Below are positions 1 to 4,746 of a stretch of 4,746 bases of DNA, in pieces (position 1 is the stretch's first letter; each line of letters begins with the position of its first letter). Location of the stretch: IMG/VR virus record IMGVR_UViG_2690316028_000005. The stretch is one strand, 5' to 3'. This DNA comes from a virus (Duplodnaviria > Heunggongvirae > Uroviricota > Caudoviricetes). A model generated the notes under the pieces. It had not been told where the DNA came from and searched no databases. It was given only the letters and a program-made list of their open reading frames with translations. The translations under genes and the position numbers were made by a program.

Positions 1-3
1 CAC

Positions 4-170
4 AAATATGCCAACGTTGGCACATTTCAAGTAGCTCAATCATTCCCAGCGCTGGGAATCATCCTCAAAACCGCAAACGTCTGCGGTTTCAGTACAATCA
101 GGTAATATAGATTGGGGAGCTTTACTGGTAGAAATATAACGTTTCAAAAGCGCCAGCGTTGGCGCTTTTG
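4..170. repeat. Cluster of four palindromes/hairpins: 4-27 (24 bp, one mismatched pair), 42-59 (18 bp perfect), 68-89 (8-bp arms, 6-nt centre), 145-170 (10-bp arms, 6-nt centre)
   Basis: Hand reverse-complement checks. Three of the four share a CCA(A/G)CG(T/C)TGG core: CCAACGTTGG 11-20, CCAGCGCTGG 46-55, CCAGCGTTGG 153-162. No ORF of 60 aa or more in the region. Confidence 0.6.
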
Positions 171-201
171 AAGGCTGGCAATATCAATAAGCTAATGATG
201 A

Positions 202-230
202 TTGCATCATCTGTTCCAAGTTAGTACACT
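202..230 (+). promoter_or_regulatory. Putative sigma70 promoter for a small RNA (-35 TTGCAT 202-207, 17-bp spacer, -10 TACACT 225-230)
   Basis: Hexamer spacing read from sequence; predicted start near 237, the first base of the left inverted-repeat arm. Match to consensus is only moderate. Confidence 0.3.
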
Positions 231-236
231 TATCCC

Positions 237-270
237 TGTTAGTGGATGCGTGACGCGCTCAGGTTGAGGC
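237..270. repeat. Left arm of a 34-bp inverted repeat (partner 488-521)
   Basis: Reverse complement of 237-270 equals 488-521 at 33 of 34 positions; the one difference would be a G-U pair if both arms are transcribed from the + strand. Confidence 0.9.
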
Positions 271-311
271 TCATTACCTTGAACAGAGATTCATCACCTT
301 AAGCCCCAAAG

Positions 312-346
312 AAAAAAGCCTGACCTCACCAGTTGGGCTTTTTTTT
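312..346. terminator. Bidirectional rho-independent terminator
   Basis: A-tract 312-317, 7-bp stem 318-324 with 332-338 (GCC/GGC base, two wobbles), 7-nt loop, then T8 at 339-346. The reverse complement also ends in a T-run. Confidence 0.55.
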
Positions 347-368
347 GTCCGTTATTTACTCCAGTCCT

Positions 369-396
369 TTGATTACATTGCTGATACCCTTATAAT
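369..396 (+). promoter_or_regulatory. Putative sigma70 promoter for the toxin mRNA (-35 TTGATT 369-374, 16-bp spacer, -10 TATAAT 391-396)
   Basis: Perfect consensus -10 and TTGA-type -35; predicted start near 403, giving a leader of about 190 nt before the ORF at 593. No LexA box (CTGT-N8-ACAG) seen. Confidence 0.5.
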
Positions 397-487
397 CACG
401 GCGTTAGTGGGTGTCGCGTTCTGACACAACGCAGGCATGTGAAACGTGTTCAAGCCCTGGCTGGATTACGGGTGGTGCCGCTCCAGT

Positions 488-521
488 GCCTCAACCTGAG
501 CGCGTCATGCATCCACTAACA
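488..521. repeat. Right arm of the 34-bp inverted repeat; proposed sRNA target site in the toxin mRNA leader
   Basis: Partner of 237-270. Lies 61-94 nt upstream of the GGAG at 582-585 and overlaps an AUG at 507 that heads a 9-codon upstream ORF. Confidence 0.9.
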
Positions 522-592
522 ATGCAACACCGTTAACCAGGCAGTGGAAGGGCTTTAACGATGATGCCGCGCTCCTGTAGTGGAGCAAACGG

Positions 593-676
593 ATGAAGGG
601 ATTTCTTCAAATCGCTGTCATCGCTCTTAAGGCGATTGTTGCCTTTATTGAGTTGATTCTGGCCTGCTTACCGTAA
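593..676 (+). CDS. 27-aa hydrophobic single-helix peptide, candidate TisB-like type I toxin (MKGFLQIAVIALKAIVAFIELILACLP)
   Basis: Hand translation; below the ORF-track size cutoff. GGAG 582-585 sits 7 nt before the ATG; in-frame TAG at 578-580 rules out an upstream extension. Resembles E. coli TisB as I recall it (MNLVDIAILILKLIVAALQLLDAVLKYLK): about half of the 20 core positions identical, including the helix-embedded Lys. Confidence 0.5.
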   Translation: MKGFLQIAVIALKAIVAFIELILACLP

Positions 677-695
677 GCGGTCAGGAAACGTAAGT

Positions 696-733
696 AAGGC
701 CACCGGCTCACCCCCGGTGGCCTTTAACATTTC
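696..733 (+). terminator. GC-rich hairpin (11-bp stem 696-706 with 714-724, 7-nt loop) followed by TTTAACATTT; possible 3' end of the toxin transcript
   Basis: Perfect 11-bp stem verified by hand, 20 nt after the toxin stop. The U-tract is interrupted, so termination efficiency is uncertain. Confidence 0.4.
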
Positions 734-928
734 TGAGTCTGCGTCGTCGCCGAACTGCCATTCATTTAAAGCAGGCTGTGGCGGTAACGCTGGATTTAAG
801 GTAGCACTGACGGCTTCAATTCCTGCGATATCTTGGCGTGTCGTTTTGATTAAAGCGCATTAGAAACAAATTTCACCGTTCTGATTAATCATGTTTACCG
901 GACTATTCAAAGCAAGGTAAATCTCAAT

Positions 929-1273
929 ATGGCACGACCTCAGACGGTTAATCAGTTACCCGACCCGATCAAGAAAGAACTTAATAAAAAGCTGACCGAA
1001 AGTTCATTCAGCGGTTACGTTCAGCTTACTGAGTGGTTAAACTCGTTGGGATACCCGGTTTCAAAATCATCATTGCATCGCTATGCTGAACGCCGCCGCC
1101 TGTCGCTTATTGCAGGGAGCGATGCTCCTGGTGCAACAGCTAATATTGTGGATATTAAACTTCGCTGTCTGGAGATTGCCTCGCTCTGTTTAAAAACCGA
1201 CGAAAAGCTGCCAACAGATGAAGTAACAAAACACGCTGAAAATTTGATGGGGTGGCTTTACGACCAGAAATAA
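929..1273 (+). CDS. Hypothetical small protein (114 aa), possibly a helix-turn-helix DNA-binding or terminase small-subunit-like protein
   Basis: ORF-track ORF with ATG start and AAGG 11 nt upstream. The N-terminal pattern (QLPDPIKKEL...SLHRYAERRR) recalls small phage DNA-binding proteins; family assignment is from memory and unverified. Confidence 0.65.
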   Translation: MARPQTVNQLPDPIKKELNKKLTESSFSGYVQLTEWLNSLGYPVSKSSLHRYAERRRLSLIAGSDAPGATANIVDIKLRCLEIASLCLKTDEKLPTDEVTKHAENLMGWLYDQK

Positions 1274-1282
1274 TTGACTGCG

Positions 1283-1301
1283 CGGGAGGCTTGCCCTCCC
1301 G
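1283..1301 (+). terminator. Hairpin just after the 929-1273 stop (7-bp stem CGGGAGG/CCTCCCG, 5-nt loop); possible attenuator
   Basis: Stem verified by hand; no clean U-tract follows. Sits ahead of a C-rich, G-poor tract at 1321-1380. Confidence 0.25.
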
Positions 1302-1402
1302 TTACGTATACGGAAACTCTTTTACAAACCCCCATCCAACCTTTTCCAACATCTTCCCCCATAGTCCCACAATTATCTCACGGGAAACCCTGTATTTATC
1401 TC

Positions 1403-1537
1403 ATGTCTAATCACGTTGGTGGTGTTCGCCATCACCTCGGCTTATTCACTACCGAAGCGGCGGCGCGTGCTGCGTACCTGAAAGCTAAAGCCAGATACCA
1501 TCCGTCAACGCCAGCCGATTTATTGCAGGCTGCCTAA
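1403..1537 (+). CDS. Possible 44-aa ORF with a degenerate AP2-like motif (GGVRHHLGLFTTEAAARAAY); may be a gene remnant or non-coding
   Basis: ATG-initiated sub-ORF of the track ORF 1274-1537, whose TTG-started N-terminus is low-complexity and Pro-rich. Weak ribosome-binding site. Confidence 0.2.
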   Translation: MSNHVGGVRHHLGLFTTEAAARAAYLKAKARYHPSTPADLLQAA

Positions 1538-1555
1538 TCCTCGGAGGTTCCATTA

Positions 1556-1981
1556 ATGGCTGATGAAAAGCCGATTAGAGCGCTGGCAGATGATGACCCG
1601 CGCCGCCAGCGGTACGCTGAACTGTTGGCGCAGGCTGGCCGCATGACTATTCCACGGCTGCATCCGGGCGATGCTAACAGTGTTATGAGTCAGCTTGCGA
1701 CAATGCTCGGAGCACCTGTCCCGATAGTAGGTGCTATGACTGAGCACGCCGCTGCATGGCGTGCCTGTCTTCTGGAGCAAGGGCTTGGTGATCTTCTGGA
1801 TGGCTTGAGTAAGCAGGTGCTGACCATCTTCTTTCTGCTCTGCTGGAGAGACAGCGCCTTGCGATTGGCGGGTAAGCAAAAGGAACGGTTTGCAGCGGCC
1901 AGCGAGGGTTTGACCATTGAGCAATACCGGGCAATGCACCCGGCTTACAGAGAGGATAAAGAAAATGATAACCACGATTAA
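1556..1981 (+). CDS. Hypothetical protein (141 aa)
   Basis: GGAGG 1543-1547 is 8 nt before the ATG; GC-rich; overlaps the next ORF by 17 nt. Confidence 0.75.
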   Translation: MADEKPIRALADDDPRRQRYAELLAQAGRMTIPRLHPGDANSVMSQLATMLGAPVPIVGAMTEHAAAWRACLLEQGLGDLLDGLSKQVLTIFFLLCWRDSALRLAGKQKERFAAASEGLTIEQYRAMHPAYREDKENDNHD

Positions 1982-2264
1982 ATTAAGGTGGCGGTACATC
2001 GAGCCGCCACCAATGACTGGCGCACTCGCTGACCTGAAACAGTGGGTAATGGATACCGGAGAGCCTGAGCTTGAAGCTAAATTTCGTAAGCTGCTGGGGC
2101 TGATGCGCCGCAATGGTATCAGTGACGAACGTGTTAATGCGATGGCCGCCGAGCTTTATGCTCTGGTATGCCAACGCCAGCGCGAAGAATACGAAGCCTG
2201 CAAACGGGCTGCATCTGACAGTGGAGGCTTTGAATCATGGTTACACGGACAGACCAACTACTAA
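1965..2264 (+). CDS. Hypothetical protein (about 99 aa; start trimmed from the track TTG at 1917 to the ATG at 1965)
   Basis: AGAGG 1951-1955 is 9 nt before the ATG at 1965; overlaps the upstream ORF stop at 1979-1981. Confidence 0.6.
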   Translation: MITTIKLRWRYIEPPPMTGALADLKQWVMDTGEPELEAKFRKLLGLMRRNGISDERVNAMAAELYALVCQRQREEYEACKRAASDSGGFESWLHGQTNY

Positions 2265-2674
2265 GAAAAGCGATGCGAGGCTATCTGGAATATCTCGGCA
2301 ACATGCCGCTAGCGGAACGCATTAAAAATTCTGCTGCGTTCGATGATGTGTATCACTTCCTGTTGAATGGTTCAGGACGGCTGGAGTTGCGCCGCGCTGA
2401 TGTGGCCGCTGTCCGTGTCTTCCTGTGGAATTATCAATACCGACGCTGCGCGGTGACAGCTAAGCCGCTACGCCTCGCGTCTGCTGTATTGGATCACTGT
2501 CACCGAACTGGACGTGTGCGCGCTGTGGTTCATCGTTCGGCCAATGCAGCGGAAGGTGGTTATTATGTGGGAAATTTGTGCGGACTCTCACGAGGTAGCA
2601 TGTTAAGCATGCTACCTGCCTACCGCCGACAATACAAGGGGTTGGGCGTTATTTATCCAAGACAACATGCGTGA
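2237..2674 (+). CDS. Hypothetical Arg-rich protein (145 aa)
   Basis: GGAGG 2223-2227 is 9 nt before the ATG; overlaps the upstream ORF by 28 nt. Confidence 0.65.
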   Translation: MVTRTDQLLRKAMRGYLEYLGNMPLAERIKNSAAFDDVYHFLLNGSGRLELRRADVAAVRVFLWNYQYRRCAVTAKPLRLASAVLDHCHRTGRVRAVVHRSANAAEGGYYVGNLCGLSRGSMLSMLPAYRRQYKGLGVIYPRQHA

Positions 2675-2712
2675 TGAGATTATTTCTTTTATTTTCATTC
2701 GGTTATGTGTTG

Positions 2713-2790
2713 TTGTGGCTGCCTTGTTACTTGCCTATATTTAAAACAATTCTTGACGGATTGACGTAGATTGCGTAGGCTGAGCATAAA
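2713..2790 (+). promoter_or_regulatory. AT-rich upstream region of the cargo operon with tandem TTGACG/TTGCGT repeats and candidate promoter hexamers (TTGTGG 2713-2718 with TATATT 2736-2741)
   Basis: Imperfect tandem repeats cTTGACGga 2752-2760, TTGACGta 2761-2768, TTGCGTag 2771-2778. Several -35-like hexamers but no single unambiguous -35/-10 pair. Confidence 0.3.
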
Positions 2791-2875
2791 ACAGTTTCCT
2801 AATATGTCTCCAAACTGAGCTTCAACTTGAGAATACTTCGTTCCTACATCTCCCTTGAAGGGGTAGGAGGATAAT

Positions 2876-3085
2876 ATGAACTTTGATATGCGTACAAACC
2901 AAAATTGTGCATCGTTTTTTAACCCAGCAACCAAGGCGTTTGTCGTCGTTGATTCGTTTGACAACTACGAATTCGATGTGCGTGCTGGTACTTTATCACG
3001 CACTGAATTTGTAGGCACCATCACAGCTTCAAACGATGAAGAGTTGAACAAGAAATTAGCTGAGATCACGGCTGCACACATATGA
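2876..3085 (+). CDS. Small acidic hypothetical protein (69 aa); first gene of the AT-rich cargo operon
   Basis: AGGAGG 2865-2870 is 5 nt before the ATG. About 37-40% GC by hand count against about 55-60% in the upstream genes. I count 10 Asp/Glu and 6 Lys/Arg; no hydrophobic segment. Confidence 0.7.
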   Translation: MNFDMRTNQNCASFFNPATKAFVVVDSFDNYEFDVRAGTLSRTEFVGTITASNDEELNKKLAEITAAHI

Positions 3086-3456
3086 TAACTCAACAGCAGA
3101 TTGATGATTTAGTTGCAGATATTAACGATATCTTGGAAGAAGATAGAGCCAAGCTAAAGATGTCATTTCATTTTGCTGTTGATAGACTTAATGATCCGCG
3201 TAATAAACCTCCAATCACGTTAGCTGAGTTGAGAGTGATTTTTACAAATTTCATTGGACAACACTTGCAGACAATTCTAGGCAAAGATGAGGGATTTTCC
3301 TTCACTATCAAGTGTCAGAAATCTGGTATTGCTATACCGTGCGCTATAGAGCATGAACTTGATATCGGTGCAAAGTGGGTAGTTCAGCAAGTGATCACCA
3401 TCATGCGGAATCCGCAGTTTAACGCGTATCATGGTGATGTCATCTTTGATGTTTAA
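3082..3456 (+). CDS. Hypothetical protein (124 aa); second gene of the cargo operon, translationally coupled
   Basis: Its ATG overlaps the upstream stop in ATGA at 3082-3085. Acidic by my count (17 Asp/Glu, 12 Lys/Arg). An H-x4-R-x4-R motif (HFAVDRLNDPR) is present but I cannot assign a family. Confidence 0.7.
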   Translation: MITQQQIDDLVADINDILEEDRAKLKMSFHFAVDRLNDPRNKPPITLAELRVIFTNFIGQHLQTILGKDEGFSFTIKCQKSGIAIPCAIEHELDIGAKWVVQQVITIMRNPQFNAYHGDVIFDV

Positions 3457-3483
3457 AAGAAAGGCGCTATAGCGCCTTTTTTA
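3455..3483. terminator. Bidirectional rho-independent terminator shared by the cargo operon and the convergent integrase
   Basis: A-rich run, perfect palindrome GGCGCTATAGCGCC at 3463-3476, then TTTTTT at 3477-3482. The integrase stop codon (complement of 3481-3483) lies in the T-tract. Confidence 0.7.
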
Positions 3484-4704
3484 TAAACACGGATAACTGA
3501 CCAACTCCACATACTCCCATAGTTCTTTCATCCCTGCTCCCTTGCTATATGTCCTGAAAGCTTCCGTTTTAGCTTTTTGTTCGGTATGCCCGGTTATTGC
3601 CCCTATGCGCTGTTCTGGTACTCCTGCTCTGTCTAAGCAAGTAATAAAGTGACCACGCAGGGAGTGGAAGCATTGGCGATCTGTAGCCGCTGACAGCACG
3701 CGACGGCGTAGCCGTGTAAATGCCTGCGAGTACCACGGGCCACGCTTACCGTCGGCACGTTTAATCTTGTTCGATTGGGGGAGCAGGTATTCACCGTTGT
3801 TCTGCGCAAGGTATTTATCAACGATGCTGATTAACAGCGAGTGTATGGGGACGTGCCTTACACCCGCTTTAGTTTTAGATTTGCTGACGTAGAAGCAGCG
3901 TACCCCTTCAACTTTGATAATCTCAACTCGTTTGATGCTGGCGATTTCGTCGAGACGCATACCGGAATACAAACCGATTATGATTACGTCTCGTATCTCG
4001 CTACCTGCCTCTTTTATTAATGCCTGTAGCTGGTGTAGTTCAAAAGGTTGATAACTTTCGTTCGTCTGGCGGGCTTCCAGATTGTGGCCGTGAAAGGGAT
4101 TATCAGGGGCGATATTGTCATATTTACGCCGGGCGAAGTCATACAGCGTCCCTAAGCAGGTTAACCAGTTTTGCAGCGTCTGGCGGGAAAACTTATCTTG
4201 GTTCGCTTCCAGAAAGTCAGAGACGAGCCGCCGCCCGATTCCATTTATTGTAATGGTTGGGCGTTTTATTGAATTAGTAAATGCCGATACAGCGCGAACT
4301 GATTTACTCAGCGTGGAATAAGAGCGCCGATCTTTGTATTGCTCTGCATATTCTTTACTGACATCTGTCAATTTTGGTGATGCTGGTTTTCCCCGCTCTG
4401 CTGGAATAGTTGCGGGTGTGGTAATGCTGCTGGATACCCCCGCCAGCAAGTGAAGATCTGTTACAGCGGAATGAATCCGGGTAATGGGGTTATCCGGTTT
4501 CATCATGAGCTGTAGCTTACGGAACTCTAATAAATATTGGTCACGGAAAATGCGAGCTTGCATGATGTCCCGTGTGCCTGTCGATTTCTTGAGCGAGCGC
4601 CGCCCGTTCCAGAGGTGGCGCATGTAGACCGGAATATAGATTTGAAAGATGAATATCCCATCTTTGTTTGCATAAAGATAAGAAGTCTTCGGTAATGACT
4701 CCAA
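3481..4704 (-). CDS. int: Tyrosine site-specific recombinase (phage-type integrase, 407 aa as tracked)
   Basis: C-terminal catalytic signature: Arg in YSGMRLDEI, HSLRGHF (H-x-x-R), then GH and Tyr in FRTYSKG. The N-terminus (LPKTSYLYANKDG...NGRRSLKKSTGTRD) resembles lambda/P22-type arm-binding domains as I recall them. The tracked start is TTG at 4704 with a weak ribosome-binding site; the next ATG is at 4623. Confidence 0.85.
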   Translation of the reverse strand: MESLPKTSYLYANKDGIFIFQIYIPVYMRHLWNGRRSLKKSTGTRDIMQARIFRDQYLLEFRKLQLMMKPDNPITRIHSAVTDLHLLAGVSSSITTPATIPAERGKPASPKLTDVSKEYAEQYKDRRSYSTLSKSVRAVSAFTNSIKRPTITINGIGRRLVSDFLEANQDKFSRQTLQNWLTCLGTLYDFARRKYDNIAPDNPFHGHNLEARQTNESYQPFELHQLQALIKEAGSEIRDVIIIGLYSGMRLDEIASIKRVEIIKVEGVRCFYVSKSKTKAGVRHVPIHSLLISIVDKYLAQNNGEYLLPQSNKIKRADGKRGPWYSQAFTRLRRRVLSAATDRQCFHSLRGHFITCLDRAGVPEQRIGAITGHTEQKAKTEAFRTYSKGAGMKELWEYVELVSYPCL

Positions 4705-4746
4705 CTTACTGATAGTGTTTTATGTTCAGATAATGCCCGATGACTT

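Larger units (their letters stand above)
237..346 (+). ncRNA. Putative antisense antitoxin sRNA (about 110 nt) whose 5' 34 nt are complementary to the leader of the downstream toxin mRNA
   Basis: Sits between a candidate promoter (202-230) and an intrinsic terminator (312-346). Its 5' end pairs with 488-521 over 34 consecutive positions (33 Watson-Crick plus one G-U). Structural inference only. Confidence 0.35.

Noticed and set aside
1-170. Palindrome cluster as a CRISPR array or REP elements
   Set aside because: The units are palindromes with different flanks, not direct repeats separated by unique spacers, and they do not match the E. coli REP consensus as I recall it.
350-420. LexA (SOS) operator at the toxin promoter
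   Set aside because: No CTGT-N8-ACAG dyad overlaps the -35/-10 region; the nearest CTG-containing stretches fail the spacing.
237-521. The 34-bp inverted repeat read as an invertible promoter switch or a MITE
   Set aside because: The arms flank a terminator and promoter segment, so an invertible promoter switch is conceivable, but no dedicated invertase is adjacent and 34-bp arms are long for known switches. The positions of the promoters and terminator and the G-U-compatible mismatch fit an sRNA-target pair better. Not excluded; PCR for the inverted orientation would test it.
1274-1537. Full-length 87-aa ORF from the TTG at 1274
   Set aside because: The N-terminal 43 residues are Pro/Thr-rich low-complexity translated from the C-rich tract and start at a TTG directly after the upstream stop; only the C-terminal 44 codons look protein-like.
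1553-2113. 186-aa ORF on the - strand
   Set aside because: Fully antisense to the well-supported + strand genes at 1556-2264, Ser/Arg-rich and low-complexity, no convincing ribosome-binding site; typical antisense artefact in GC-rich coding DNA. The same applies to the shorter - strand ORFs 1690-1917, 1734-1934 and 1983-2174.
2113-2325. 70-aa + strand ORF in an alternative frame
   Set aside because: Out-of-frame overlap with the two better-supported ORFs 1965-2264 and 2237-2674; no ribosome-binding site.
929-2674. Assignment of the small + strand genes to P4 Psu/Delta/Sid or lambda early functions
   Set aside because: Sizes and sequence features (no Ogr/Delta-type Cys4 zinc finger, no recognisable Psu similarity) do not match what I recall of those proteins; left as hypothetical.
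2705-2764. 19-codon Cys-rich upstream ORF (MCCCGCLVTCLYLKQFLTD)
   Set aside because: Arises from a (TGT)3 run, has no credible Shine-Dalgarno sequence and overlaps the putative promoter; most likely chance, though a leader-peptide role cannot be fully excluded.
2695-2964. 89-aa ORF on the - strand overlapping the cargo operon start
   Set aside because: Runs antisense across the AGGAGG site, the start codon and the upstream regulatory region of the + strand operon; no independent support.
4020-4321. Two + strand ORFs (77 and 68 aa) inside the integrase gene, and the - strand ORF 3633-3821
   Set aside because: Embedded in or out of frame with the integrase coding sequence, which has clear catalytic motifs; no start signals.

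Overview
This 4.7 kb window reads as an enterobacterial-type mobile-element or prophage-like segment with four parts. (1) Bases 1-928 have no long ORF but are dense in structure: a cluster of palindromes (4-170), then what I read as a type I toxin-antitoxin locus (237-733) built from a 34-bp inverted repeat, a terminator, a strong promoter and a 27-codon hydrophobic ORF. (2) Bases 929-2674 carry GC-rich small genes on the + strand, three of them (1556-2674) tightly overlapping with good Shine-Dalgarno sites; I do not recognise their products. (3) Bases 2876-3456 hold an AT-rich two-gene operon (69 aa and 124 aa, overlapping in ATGA) with no family I can assign, closed by a bidirectional terminator. 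(4) Bases 3481-4704 encode a convergent tyrosine integrase on the - strand. The two candidates for an undescribed system are the TisB-like toxin with a tandem same-strand antisense RNA, and the AT-rich cargo operon abutting the integrase. All calls come from reading the sequence by eye; no database search was possible, and the peptide similarities are from memory.
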